A DNA stretch of 64,000 nucleotides from Amoebophrya sp. A120 (taxonomy: Eukaryota > Protista > Dinoflagellata). The position numbers were made by a program, and so were the translations under genes. The stretch lies in the NCBI GenBank assembly GCA_905178155.1, contig CAJINV010000028.1:107235-171234 (forward strand), written 5' to 3'. The notes under the pieces are model-generated. The model had not been told where the DNA came from. It ran no database searches and worked only from the letters and a program-made list of their open reading frames with translations. Of this stretch, positions 10,192 through 23,665 are shown in pieces; positions within the stretch are counted from its first letter, which is position 1; each line of letters opens with the position of its first letter.

Positions 10192-13171
10192 TCAGCCGCC
10201 TATGCCAAATTCGAAGAAGCTCGGCGGGACGGCCCACCCATAGACTTGTTGCTGCGTCTCGTTCGTCGGCCAGGGTGTCGGTGGCGTCGTCGCACCAGGT
10301 TCCGGTTCCGATCCGGCGCGCACGCCTGCTGCTGGAAAGTTAGCCGCGTTGTTGCTGATGTTTCTTTGCACCATGACCCTCAGCTGCGTCTGGTAGCCCA
10401 GGGGCCTGCGGCGCTCCTGAAGCCCCGAATTGCTCCGTTGCAACAAATCGCCTTCCTCTACTTCGGGTGCGCGGCTGCCGCTCGAAGTGGGGCTCCGCGC
10501 CAAAAAGCCGCCGGTTGGAGAGGTGCCCCGACGGTCGTCTCCAACCGATCCGGTACTGCCATAACGCCCACTGCTGGTAGCCCCCATGCCGCTCGGCTGC
10601 AGGTGCGGAGACAACCCGGCTGGAAAATAACTGCTAGTAGCACTACCTGTGCCCCCTGCTGTTCCTCCCTGCTGACGCGCCGTGGATTGCGCTTCTTTTT
10701 CCTTCGCCTGCTTCCCACGCGGGGGATCCCGGTCCGGCAGCGGAATCGGTCGTCCGGGCATGGACCAAAAAGAGGCAAGGCCAGCTGGCCCACCGCCCGG
10801 AGCCGCACCGGCCGTGGGAGACATGAAGGGTTCATGGCGATCCATCCGATTGCTCTGCGTTTCGTTTCGTCCAGCACTAGACAGCTTGTCCGTTTCCCAG
10901 TCGCTCTGATCCGACAAGTCCGTCAAGTGCCCGTTCCAGGAGGAGCCCGAGGGGCTCGAAGATTCCCGTCGAGCTTGTTCTTGTTCCCCTTCTTCCACCT
11001 CCCGCCGCGGCTCCCGTCCTCGCAGACCCTGGGGCAGCAGGGCAAACTGCTCACGGTCCTGAAGATTCGGAGTCCGCGGCGTCGGCTGCAGTTCTTTTTG
11101 CAATCCGTCTTCCACCTCCCTCTCGTCCTCACTGGAAGATGAAACAGTGCGGGCGCTGGAAGTTGTGCTTCTTCGCCGCGGGGCCGGGAAGAGAGGACCC
11201 GACTCTAGGTCCCCACCGCCGGAGGGAGCATGCGGAGGCGAAGCCGAAGCTCGACGCTGGTCCGCGCGTTGGTGCTGTTGTCCGTCCCTCGCGGCCGGGT
11301 CAATCAAAGCACCCCTGGAATGTCCACCACGAAAGTCGGCGGCTGCCTGAACGTGCGGTTGCCACACGGAGTTCCTGCCGAGAAAAAGGCGCCCTGGCCC
11401 ATCGCCGTCCTCGGCCAAAAGACTGTCGGCACGAGCTGCTGGCGGAGGCCGAGGCCCAGTGTTGAAATTATCACTCGTCGGTGCAGATGAAATCGAAAGC
11501 CGTGCCAAGGTACCAGCGATTTGTTCTTCATCTAGTTCTTCTTCTTGGACGTCACCACCTTCCATTGCTTCTGTGGTTCTCTGCCGCGGAGAGTACAGCA
11601 CACCATTTTCATCTGCAGCTTCGTGCGACTGGGACAGCAATACACGCGCATTGGATAGTACGCCCGCAGTGTGCTGGTCCAGGATGATCGGCTGGTTCCT
11701 GATCGCAGTTCGCCGCAAAGCCGACAGCAAGGGCTCGGCTTGTTCCAACCGCTGCCGCCGGATGTGAGGATACATTAGCGCCGTCGAAGTAGCGAGAAAC
11801 TGTCGCAGAGCAGAGGGGCTTGATATGAACTACAAATAAAGTATCGTACTGGTAATCGTATAAATGCATAATACAAATTTTCTCAGCATGAGAAATGAAA
11901 TTTGTAAGTAATGCTGATTTACTTTGAGAAAAAAATTTGTAATGCAAGGCTTGCATTTATACGAATGCGATACTTTTGCACAGGATACTCGAGAACTGTA
12001 CACGATAAGCAGGGCATCCTCTGTCCAGCTGCTGTTGCTGAGTTGCGGTTTCACGGGACACGTCGACGGACAAAGTAGAGGACGCGGGCGTGCCCAAAGA
12101 GTTGTCTTCCGGATCTGCGGACATCACGACGAGACCCACGTTTTCATCAGGAGGATGACCATTGTAGTAGACGACGAACGGCAGCTGCGACGCGACATTG
12201 TTTTTGTCTTCAGTTCTTTCGGCGGCACCGGCAGCGGACGTCAAGTGCAAGTCCTCCGCGGCCAAGAAAGTGCTTGTCTCTTTTTGTTCCGGCGAGGGGC
12301 CCCGGGGGAACGCGGTCATTCCAGCAGGACCTAGGAAGCCCCCGCTCGAAGAAGAGGTGGCTCCACGCTGAGCCGGACCGCTGACACAGAGAGCAGAACC
12401 AGCCCCAGACACGTTCATCTCGTGGTCTTCGCCCGGCGTGGTCTGGCGAGACCATGCAGCAGCAGGAGCCCCACCCCCAGACTCGTTCATCTCGTGGTCT
12501 TCGCCCGGCGTGGTGCGGCGAGACCATGCAGCCGTCGATGTGGGAAGCATAGTGCTGCAAGAGCTGCTTGCGACCGATGCCTGCTTCTCCCAGGGTATCA
12601 GGACGTCGTCGAAGATGTCTGCCGATCGGTCTTCCTCTTCCTCCGTCCGCATCGGAGGTGCAGCTGCTGTAGTACCACAACCCTGGCGCAGAACTTGATG
12701 CTCTGGTCCTCCACCGCCACTGTGAACCACGACCCCCGCGAAAGATGGCGCGTCTCCTGCGATGCCCGCCGTTGCGATTGCCGGATGTTCATCTCCCATG
12801 TGGTCACTTGTTGCCGATGCACATTTGCCGCCCCACTTTTCCCCCGCAATTGTACTGTTTTCGTTTTTTTCCTGGTCACGTTTCATGCCGTGCTGTCCCT
12901 GCCCCTGCCCGCCCGCAGCGGAGGCGTACACGACTCCGCTAGCAATCCCCGGCGGACCGGAAAGAAATCGAGAGAACGCGAGGTCATGACCAGGGGCGAA
13001 AAAGTAGTACATAATCATCGTAGCACCGGCAGCAGCGGTTCGCGCACGTAGCCCGTGCCGTGCACGAAGTGTTCCCTCCATCCTCCAGCTCCGGCGCCCT
13101 TCCTTCGTCGGCAAAATAAGAGCCCGCGCCGGGGGGCCGGAGCGCGATCTGTGAGCGTCTGGCGAACACAT
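10192..13171 (-). CDS. Hypothetical low-complexity protein (two exons, start uncertain)
   Basis: ORFs 11957..13171 and 10192..11775 fuse in frame (QFSS|PSALRQF..MYPH) when 11824-11987 plus one direct repeat is removed. Confidence 0.7.
11824..11987. mobile_element. Introner-like non-canonical intron, family B
   Basis: CTTGA/CTCGA direct repeats. Ends TATGAACTACAAA ... CTTTTGCACAGGATA. Interior resembles 6299-6412. Confidence 0.88.
12403..12532 (-). repeat. In-frame tandem duplication, 72-nt period (AAWSRxTTPGEDHEMNxSG x2)
   Basis: Two near-identical copies in DNA and in the ORF translation. Confidence 0.85.
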
Positions 13172-14889
13172 TCGACTACCGGATGCAAGTCGATTGAGAT
13201 TACGTGGCGCGTAATAAAATAATAGTAAGTTAGATCAAACAATATGTTAATGTTGTGCGTTATATGGTATTAACAAAAAATGAAAGCAACTTGATAAAAA
13301 TCCAATAAAATAGAGTATTTTGCTAGCCGATTCGGTGTTTTTTAACCTCGGAGCCGACGTTTAGACTTAGGGCGCGTTCTGACATTTATCTTGATATTAT
13401 AATATTAATGGAACAACTCGTAGCTTGGAAAGTAGGTTTAACCTATTTTTTCCTTCCTACCTTATTCAATCGAAGACCAAATGAAATTGAAAATGAAGTA
13501 CCGCAACAACGCAAGCAGAGCGAAGGCCCTGCAGCTATAAATTTGACAAATGCCAATGCGGGTGTTAGTATAGCAGCGACAAACCAAAGCACAAACTTAA
13601 TCCTCTAGCTCGCGCTCCAAATCGGCAAGAAGTTCTCTTTATTTTCTTGTAGATAGTGGACAATTACAATACATAGGTATGGCAAGAAAATCCTACTTTT
13701 ATTTTCTCCTAAAAAAATTTTCAGCGCTGGACCACAGTCGTGGCGTTTCTGTTTCATCTAGCTGCAACTCCAAAAGTTGACCAAGAGTTGAAATCGCTGG
13801 AATCAACGTAAGTATTTATATTTTCATTTCACACATTGACTCATCAAACATTGAATGACATTATATTTTACCTCAGTAAATGCGCGCTGAGCTGAAAAAA
13901 AGACCCCGGATAGGACGGAAAATAAGTATCCAGCTGAGCTGTATCGACGAAATCCCGATATTTGTGGTGAACCATAGATGTGAATCGCGTGCTTACCAGT
14001 GAAACGCTGCGGATCTACGTTGCACGAACTTATCTCGCTTCGGATCTACTGACGCGTTCGCATTGACATGCTCATGTTGTACATCCGATGGCGATGGAGA
14101 TGGTGCAGACGCCATTCGAATTATACTGTGCGAAATCATAGGATCAGAAAAATCACATTGCGCCGCTGCCGCAGAACACCACCCATAACAACAAAATGCG
14201 TTGCTCGCACAAATCATGATATTATCCGGAACAACTTCAACTGCAAAGCAGCGCCTTGACTTTTACTCGCATCAACTACTTGAGCCTTCATTTACATTTT
14301 CTACATGTGATATTAGCTCGTCACCGTCAACTCAGTGTTTTCGTCTCATGAAGATAATCAAGCCCTTCTTGAGTTCAGTCCTACTACAACTACATATGGG
14401 TAAAGTGAATTTTCTGATTGGTCCGCGGCTTGGAATTCCTTACTTCTCCTTTTAGCTCGTTCTTCATTGTCACCAAGCGAATCTTATCATCAACCTCGTC
14501 AGTATTTGCTACCCATAATTTCTTCTAAGCCCGAAAAAGCAGCGGGATCCAATGGCAATGAATACTCGCAGTTGCCTCGTGCGTCTAACTACTTCTGTTT
14601 CTCTATAAAAATTGCTGATCTTGCTATACCCTCTTACTCATTTACCCATTTTCCTAATTTTATCTTTTTTCGTAGGTATTAATTCTGATCCGTAAAAATT
14701 GTGCTGCTATTTTCATCGCGGGTTTGAAGACGTTCATCCGCCGGTCCTCAATGAATGGGTTTCAACAAGAGACTCACCACTTCGTTTGTTTTTAATCCTG
14801 TCTTTTCAAAATTATACTTTTCTGCTTCTCTGACACTTGATTTGATTTGGATTTCGACGTTTTGCACTCACTAAATAATAAAATTAAAT

Positions 14890-17800
14890 GTTGTACTTGT
14901 AACCACGCAACGACTTGTGCTTGTCGTATTCAATCTTTACGCAGCCCTCGAACACAAAAACTGAATCTAGAAGAGAAACATTTTTTGCTCTTTCTATTCT
15001 GAAACAGCAACCCGACTTTTATGCATGACAAAAGCATCTCTACTCGTCGTAATCGCAATCATGCGCCATTTGCAAATCTTCATCCCAATGCCAATGTTAA
15101 TCAGCGTGACAAACATCATGCGTCACGCAGACCTAAATGTGTCGCGATGCAAATATTACTAGCGCGATGCTTTTGCAATGCATAACTATTCGCCCTCGTC
15201 CATTTTTTGCCTCTTCGTCGTCGCCTCCTGACTGCCGCCGGAAACTCGGGACTCGTCGCCGCTTGATGCGCCGGGCTGCACAAGACGGCCAGAAGATGTA
15301 GCGGAGGGCAACGCGTCGAATGCAACCTCGAAGTCTCGTTCTACTTCGATGAGTACTGCTTCCACGGGTTTGTGTCCGAGTTGAGGCTTTGTAGTTTGTA
15401 TCCATAGCAAAGATATCTGGGTCTGTAAGTTTCCGAGATGGTGATAGTGTGTCCACTGGGAGTATACAAGAGCAAGTACACTGCATGAGCACCCAAAGCT
15501 GAAGGCTTTTTCCTTTCGGAATTTTTCATCCAGCGGCCCGCGAGGCACTGCCGAGCCTTCTGAACGAAAATTCCGTGAGAATTCCAAATGTTTTGGGTCA
15601 TGCGGAGAAGCAATCTGCATCACAAGCCTCTGTGTAGTGTTCCAGACCAAGACGTGTTTGCACTGGATAACTTGGTCGCTCAAAAATGCGTGCCGGTCGG
15701 CTTTTGTCTCCCCCAGGGTGCCAGCGCGACCGCAAAGCAGGACGTGGCGGAAACTGGAAACAATGTCGCGCCACTTAGGAGGAAGGACTACTGTATGCAT
15801 TGCAAATATCTTTTAACTTGGGGTCCGAAATGGAAATTACAATGCAGGGTTGGGATGCTTGCTGCCAGTCGCACAAAAATCAATACGATATCAAATCTGT
15901 ATGTTTGTCGATGTGTCGAAAAGCACGCACGCACGCACTTTCTGCATCGCTCTCATGCAGGATAGGTATCGCCAACCAAAAGCCACCTCCGCAGGTGGTT
16001 TTGTGATGCTGAGACACCGCAGAGTAATATGGATTTCGATTTAGATTTGGAGGGGCGGCTGCGCGAGAGTACTCCGTGCCAAGCAACATATTTGCATATA
16101 ATACGAGGACTGCACACGTTCCACAGGGTCCTGGTGGCCGTCGAGGCCGCTGCTGCCCGACGAGGAAGTCGACGGTGGCTCCAGCATCCCGGACGACGCG
16201 ACACTTTTATCCAAGAAAAAAACTGCGCTAGCGTAAGCGTGCATGCATGTGCAATGCAGCAGACCCTGCCCGGGCACATTGACGTTCACACTACACATGT
16301 CCTGTCAACAAAATAAAACATAGAACTATGCCGCATCAAAAGACATATTCGTAATTCCATCATGTCGGTTCTTTCAGATTTCTGAAATCTGATAATTTGT
16401 TGTTCAGGTTCCACTACCACGCATGAAAAGAATCAGCCTTTTCTGTGTCTGCTCAACGACAAATCGATAAAGTTGCAGTAACGCAGTTCTTGTCTGGGAT
16501 AGCCTTCCTGCGCTTGATGCCTCTGCTCGATGCACTGGTCGTAGACCTATCCACTGCAAAACTATCGTATGCGTTTCGTCTTCAACGTCTTCGTACTACC
16601 AGTAGCAATGATGCATGACAAGTTTCGCTTCGTCTCAGGTTACTTAATTCACATTATTGCAGATTCTTTTCGCTTTTTCACGGCAGCAATCGCCCAGTTC
16701 TTTTTTATTCATTTTTTTTTTCCTATCCAATCAATGTCAATCATACTTCTACCGCGGCTGCCATGACGCAAGAGTACTTTTGCAATGCGTAATACTTTGT
16801 CCATGCCGACCTTCTCTAGAAACTTGACACCACGCAGGAGCGCTCGGGGCGCGGCGCTTGGGGATCCCTCCAGCAGAAGTGTAGACCGGAGGGCCGCGAT
16901 CCGCCGAGCAGCTGCATCGAAGCCGGCGTGGGTAATCTGCTGCGCGTCGATGAAGTCGGCAATCACCGTGAAGGCCAGGCTGGTACAATAGACGCGGTCC
17001 AGCACTTATGCGTTGCAGAAGCATCGCACTCGTAGTAAAACTTCTAACTAATTCACGCATTACAAATCTCGTCCTCAGCCTCATGGTAGATCCGCATTAC
17101 AGAAAATTTTCCATGCGATTACGATCAGTACTGCGATACTTTTGCGCAGGATAGAAGTTGCGTTAGTGTCCCTAACAACCACAACCAGTCGGCGTAGGAC
17201 TCATAGTCGAGGGGTAGGTCTTCGTGTCTCCAGAGCCCGTCAGGTGGCGGAAGCGGCCCTCCCATCACGGCCTTTCCTTCGACCCGCTTTATCAATCGGG
17301 AAACAATGCTACTCAGAAAGACGGGCCATCGTATCTGTTTTTCGTGCCTTCTCGGGTGGAAATTGAGTGGTAAAAAGAATCAACATGAAGCGGAGTTGTC
17401 AGAGTCAGCAGTGAAATTATGTTTGTGTCCTAACTACTATGTTACCTCAAAACTACACTCCACACGCTGTTGTATCTACTTCTAATAAATCTCAATTGTT
17501 TAGAAGTATTCAGATTCGCAAGGGTCAAATACAAATGTTGAAGCCAACCTCCTTGACTTCAACTTCTGCTTCTTCTTTGTGAGCTTCAGGTCCTATCAAC
17601 GAAAAAATGCAAAACGTACTGCCACCATAAACCATGGCGAAGAGTGACGCGTCGCCAGATGGCCAACGAGCAGTTGCCGCCATACTTTATATCTCTTCCA
17701 TGGCCGTGTTCTGAGAAGTTCCAGACAGAGTTTGCTGTGCATATTGCCCAACGCAGGAAACAGCCGACGCAGCTCCGTCCAACCCCTGCTGCACAGCTCG

Positions 17801-20800
17801 GCAACTGCGGGCAAATCTGTTCCAGCGCTCACACCCCAGAACGCGGCAGGAGATTGCTCGGTGATGTGCATACCGAACGCGGCTTCCACGAGGCACCAGG
17901 TTCCCGGCCGTCCCTTCTTGTACATACGCCATGGCTGCGGGGGAAGCTGTTGATATGATTTGGATTCAGATTCGCATTCAAAATCAAAGCCGCAACATTA
18001 TGTTTTTGCTTCTGGAGTAGCGATATCGCCCTTTGCTTCTGGCAACACATGCGCGGGGACGTCAACTACCACGACGCAAGCGACTGCGTGCGCTCATCTA
18101 TGTTCATCGAAGAGAGTTAGCAAAGTGCGCCCACTTCGCGCGTTGATACCTGCGGCGACGCTTCTCCCGCAAGGAACTCCGCTAGTCCTCGCTGCTGCTC
18201 CTCAGCCAGGACATCCAGGAAGCTGGTCAGCTTTTCCTCCTTAGCGAGCTGCGCAAGCAGAACGCCGACCAGGCTCCTTCTGAGCTCGTTATCGCCCCAC
18301 AGTATGCGGGAGTGGTCGCCTAGCTCCGTGTGCAAGAAGATCCGCAGCGGAAACAGTTCCGCGACCGCAGACACATCCACCCGCAGTCCCCCGGTTTGCA
18401 TCGCTGTGCGGAAAATGCTCGCGATCAGCGTTGGGTCGGTATGCTGCAGACTGTCGATCGGCAAGCCGGACAAGAGGGCCTCGGGTCTGGAAATAATGCC
18501 GTAGTCGGACAGCAGCACGCGCTGCAGTGCTGCTAGGATGTATTCTCCTCGTAATCTGCGTGCCACGTCAATGGAACCTCGCTGTTTTGTTGTACTTGAA
18601 GCGCTGCTCGCTGGTGCTATTTGGTACATTTCCTCGTCTTCTGCGCCGTACGTAAACCACTCTTCGGGCGACAGCTCGAGGAGCGCGAAATCGATGTTCG
18701 CGAGGCGCGAGTTCTCCAAGAGCACTTCGTTCAGCACCAAGCTTTTCCCGGCGATGAACTCGCCCAGCCCGAGAATGTCCCTGAGCCACTCCATGACGCT
18801 GGGGTTCACCGCGTCGTACGTTATGACTTGCCCGAAAACGTTAAGTCGGAAGTTTGCGAGCCACAGCACAGGCATGCTCTTCACGACGGAGCGTTCATCA
18901 GCATCTAAAGGAACATCAAACACGTTGCACAGTTCCTCCCACTCGGGCGCCAGATTTGTGTACCGGGCCCAGGACAGCCCGAACACGAACGCCCGTGCCT
19001 TCTTCATCGGTAGCTGTTCGAAGCAGAAACGAAAAAAGCAGTCGGCATTCTCCCTCGATCTGTCAGTGTCAGCAAAATGTTGCCGAAAAAACATTGAGTG
19101 GGCCGCCTCCTGCTTCAGGGGGTTGATTACGCAGGACGACGACCACTTCCTGATCCAGTCTACGGGTTGCAGTTCACCACCTCCTGCTGTATTGCTAGAG
19201 TCCAGTCCTACGGGCTGCAGGCCGTCTATTCTTCCTCCGGTATTGTTCGTGCTAGAACTTCTTGTCGTCGTCGGCACAACCAAAGCAGCATCCGCCAAGT
19301 TCCGTTGCTGATCTTCGCTGGCATCAGATGCATCTTCAAGGTTGCTGCCCAAAGCCGCGTTTCGGGGAGAAGAGGAATTTTCGGGTCTTGATCCACCAAA
19401 ATTTTCCAAATCGCCATCGGAGAAAAGAGTAAGACTGGGTGTGTCGTCCGGAACATCCTCTATTTGCTCCATCACCCCTTCCCATGTGCCGACCATGTCC
19501 TCAAACAACACCGCCAGCTCCCCCAGGATGATCCTCTCAAAGTCGACGCTACACTGTCGGAGGAGGCCGCCGTCTTCGAGCACGAGCGGAGAACGATGCA
19601 GAGGCGCGGCTTCGACGACTACAAAAGTGTAGATGAAGTCGCACTGAACAGGATCGAGGTCCGACAAAAAAGGTTCTTGAACTGCGTCGATAGTACAGAC
19701 TTGGACCGGTAGCCAAATCTCGTTTTCCGGGTCCACACTGTTCTGCGGAAAATTTCGGAGGCAGAACCCGATCGAGTCACCGTCTGCTATCGGGACTGAA
19801 GTACCCGGCGAAAGAACAAAGGGAGACTCTTCTTGTCCTCTTTTCTTGAGCTGCAACTCCCAGGACTGTGTTTCAACGAGGTCCTGTGGTCGTGGTCCCG
19901 CCTGTAGCATGAACTGCCCGCCCTGCCAATCACCGACCTCTTGCTCTTGAACAAGTTCACGGGCTGCGGCCTGTCGTCTTTCAGTGTGATCTTCGGGGGA
20001 CGGACCACATCCGATTGGGCTTCTGCGGAGAAATTTCTTGGCCAGCTTCGGCTCGGCACCATTCGTGTGTGACTGCCCGTCTTCTCTGACATTGAGACAA
20101 ACCTGTTACGTACAGACGAAAAAACTCGTTCTCAATTTCTTTCCCCTCTCTGATGTGCAAGGGTTAGAAGCGAATAAACAAAAAAGCAGATGGAGATGAA
20201 GAGAAAAGGAAATAAGGGTGAGGCAGTGCAAGCGCAGTTACAAAAACCGATTTGATTGAAAAAACCAAAAGTCAACAACAACAGGTAACAAGTACGGTTC
20301 CATCGCCGTGAGCGCACAGCTGGGCGTACAGGAACGGCCCCGGAAGCGACCGAAATAGCTGCACTTTCTGGCTCGTCTCCGCTGAGTCTGTGTCTCCAAA
20401 AAGTTGGATGAGGTGAGTGCCGCTATTTGCACCTTGTGCCGCCCCCCAGATATTGACTTCACGATGCGCGCCTTCAACAAAAACACGATTGCAACACCAG
20501 ACTTTTTCGCAACGCCGCAAAAACCAGGAAGCGCTGCATGGTGGATCGGTCTTCGCCGGAACGGGGATCTCCAGAAACGAGCCGGACACGGACTCGTTGG
20601 CATAGTGCAGAAATCCGTGTTCCGCTGCCTCCCTGGTGTTTGATGGGAACTTCAAAACGACTTTCCGTTTGCCCGTACAATTCTCGATTTCACCGGAGCC
20701 ACGAGAAATTGCGTCTGCGCTGCGGCTGCTTGTACTTCCTGGTTTTGCACTTTGCGACGCCGCTCTCTCCTCCACTCGCGAACTTCCGCTCGCCGGCGTA

Positions 20801-20817
20801 CTCTCGCTGGCCATCAT
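14890..20817 (-). CDS. Large multi-exon hypothetical protein (ends approximate; probably continues toward 14.0 kb)
   Basis: ORFs 20272..20970, 18117..19910 (open upstream to about 20100), 17596..17925, 16709..17005, 16041..16298 and 15186..15800 link through phase-compatible GT-AG introns (e.g. 17947-18134) and five IR/DR elements. The junction near 16.3-16.4 kb is unresolved. No confident domain. Confidence 0.6.
15020..15184. mobile_element. Introner-like non-canonical intron, family B
   Basis: ACTTT/ACTAT direct repeats. TIR TATGCATNNCAAAAGCATC. Removal gives DEGE|KSGCCFRIE. Confidence 0.85.
15399..15669. mobile_element. Introner-like intron, family A (3n, stop-free in host frame)
   Basis: GTTTG/ACTTG repeats. 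Ends TATCCATAGCAAAGATATCTGGGTCTG ... CAGACCAAGACGTGTTTGCACTGGATA. Confidence 0.8.
15794..16103. mobile_element. Degenerate introner-like intron
   Basis: Both ends read TAT-N4-TGCAAATA and element + 5 is 3n between same-frame ORFs, but the direct repeat is not conserved (TACTG/CGAGG). Confidence 0.55.
16548..16791. mobile_element. Introner-like intron, family B-like
   Basis: AGACC/ATACT repeats. Ends TATCCACTGCAAAA ... CTTTTGCAATGCGTA. Removal gives MDKV|YDQCIEQ. Confidence 0.75.
17007..17153. mobile_element. Introner-like intron, family B
   Basis: GCACT/GAAGT repeats and family-B TIRs. Removal gives WLLGTLTQ|VLDRVY. Confidence 0.82.
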
Positions 20818-21246
20818 GTTGCTGCAGCTCCCTGGTGTCGGTGTGTAACGACTACTGGTACTGCCCGCGACGGACACGGAAGGTGTTTCGCCAGTTTTTT
20901 CGCACCGCCATTTGACACTTATGCAAGGGAAAAAACAGCACAGCTGTCGTGTTGTGGTACTTACCTTCACATCTGTGTTGGGCAGCTGCGTGCAGTATGT
21001 GCGACTGTCGCCTACCGGTTCAAGTACTTAGTTTTCTCTGACTTCTTCGCCAGCCGGTAACGACAAACGAAGCTGGTCCGAGCCAAATTATATTTCGAAT
21101 GCAAGACCACTACCTGTGCCTCTGCCTCTCTTGCTGTGCGCCAAATTTGAAAGCAAAATCAACCACGACAAGAAGAGTTCTTATGCGATGGATACTGAGA
21201 TGCTCGGGTGGAAAAGGTTTCCCTTCGAAGAATCCCCCGAGAATTT

Positions 21247-21453
21247 TATGCACTGCAAAAATGTCGTACTCGTACCGTAGCAGTCGCTGTTATACATTAC
21301 GCACCGATATCGAACTCTGAATCTCTTGTTCAAGGTAAATCCGCATTGCAAATCTAAAAATTTCTCATGCTCAAGAGGAAATTCACTTGATGTCATGCAA
21401 TTTACCGTGGTACGTCTACGTGTACGATACTTTAACTGTTCTTGCACAGAATA
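21247..21453. mobile_element. Introner-like element, family B
   Basis: Perfect AATTT direct repeats. Ends TATGCACTGCAAAAA ... TTGCACAGAATA. Host frame not resolved. Confidence 0.85.
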
Positions 21454-23665
21454 AATTTCCCGTCGTGACAAATCCCGTGGGCTATGGCAGTCTCAAACGT
21501 GGTCACATTGAATAATCCCTTTAAAGTACATGACTTCATTCGCGTTGATTTGTCATGTAAGAACACCAAAAGCAAAAAACGCACGCAAGAACACCATGTT
21601 CAAGCTCGGTGCTATTTTGTGCAAAGGAGCCTTGTCTTCATGCGAACCAGCTTAGCTTCGAGGAATCTTTATCCTATCAGTCTATCTGATAGGTAGCGGC
21701 TGCGGCTTTGCGTGACAAATCAGGCGACATTCATCACGTAGCGCCAAATACTGCAACGTTTGAGATCGCCATAAATTCGCACAGTTTCGTTGGCATGATC
21801 GACTTTGACAACTATCTCGATTATCACCAGGAGAGAAGAACTGCCTTCGTCCAACCGTCCACCGTGGTCTAGAAGTACTATTATAGGGCACTTCCGTAGC
21901 TACAGCTAGGTTTGCGCGTACGACCGCGAGTCCGACTCGTGGCATTGATGTGCTCAATAAAGTTTTAGAATCAGACAGGTGGATGCACAAAGACGTCGTC
22001 AGGCACAGTCTAGAACAACTTCCATCATTCTGCGGAGCCTACAGAAGGGGCAAGGACCTCTGTAGTAGCTTGTAACAGTCAAGCTGATAGATAAATCACA
22101 TTGTAAATCTGTGTTGCCTGCAGCACTGTATGCTGTATGTTGCGTCACAAAAAAATGCAAATGCAACTGCAAAAGCAAACTCATCAGAAGTTCCATGCAG
22201 GACAAATCTCCAACGGAGGACGTGGCGCTCGACGAGATGACGGCACTGCTTTCCTCTAAGATACCGTTATCGGCCATGCTATTCCCTGAAAATTTACCAG
22301 CCTCATCTATCTTTTGCATGGCGGAACCAAAAGTGAAGCCAGATCTTTTACTTTCATTACTAGACGTTATGTTTCGCATGATAGCTGTGCTCGATGGGAA
22401 TGGCTCATTTTCAGGGGATACATGTTCCGTATCCGTATTGTCTTGCTCATGTTTTTGTTTTTGCCACTTGATACCGCGGTCTGGGAACGCTGGGATCTGT
22501 CTCCGCATGTTGCGAAATCCCGGAAAAAGGCCTCAAGGTCGTCATTCGTGACCGTGTCCACCTCACCAGCTGCTGGCTGAGGCAGGGAGAGACCTGGAGG
22601 TGGAGCCTCCATCTTCGCAATACCTATTCCCACATGCTGCTCCTTCTACACCTGCTTCTCCATGCTGCTCCTACACTGGTGGAGCCTCCATCTCTCACCA
22701 CCTGCTGCTCCTACACCATGCCGAAACAAATTTTGAATACTCCGCCAAGCACGAGAAAGAATCTTCACTCATTGACGTGGAAAAAAAAACATCAGAAGGA
22801 AAAAACAAACCGATCAAGAACATGATATTAATTTTCGCTTTCTTGCAGAAAAAAAAACCGAGAATAAACCTCGAGCGGTCCTCCAGGAAGTAAGTAGGTC
22901 CAATTGGTTTTGGAAAAAAAAACATCAATGAAGGCGGTGATGACCGAGAGAGTCAGTCACTCAAGGTGCAAATTCCGCTACTTCTGCTTCAGCGTCGTCG
23001 TGGAAAGCGCATGCTGACTTCTTCACCGCCAAAAAGCGCTGGAACACAACGATAAAGGAATTCGTGGTCTTGCTCCGTGTTCCTTCTACTTTTGAAACCG
23101 CAAAGTGTGAAGGCAAAAATATTGCGAAATTCTACTGCTCCATCGAGACTGATGAAATTGTAATTGAAATTTCTTGAGAGTATAAATGATAGATTTCGTG
23201 GACAAAGTGCGAGTTAGTTTCCATTTTGATTTGTAACTACAGAGACCCAGTGCCAGTTTGTTTCCGTATTAAACCTTCGTAAAACAGTTCCAGTTTCTGT
23301 TGTAGGTGTTACCATGGCAACGACCAAATACAAGTAAATCAGTTGCTAGAGCGCGATCTTCGCGAGTCAAATACGACATCACACTGTTGATGACGCAACA
23401 TGTAATAGCGAGCATGAGCTACTTCCTTAACAGCAAGGCGCTTCAAAAAATTTTCCTCCTTCGTCCTGATATTTATTGGAAAGAAGAAGAAAAAATCCGC
23501 GCGAACTTGCATAGGATTTTTCAGTTTATATGCAGCAACAAGTGCACCTTGTAACGACCAAAACCACTACAGGTGAGACAGATGTTGAACATACCCGGAC
23601 ACCCGAAACCGATGCAAATGGAGTCTTGTCAATCTCCGCACTGATACGTCGTCGTGTGTGCCTTT

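Noticed and set aside
10246-11142. Long plus-strand ORFs (also 18538..19311, 24019..24876, 52788..53621)
   Set aside because: They are most simply antisense shadows of GC-rich minus-strand exons and show no motifs.
19760-20092. FHA domain (VIGR...TNG...DGDSIGF)
   Set aside because: The motif fragments fall in different frames and in the wrong order or spacing.
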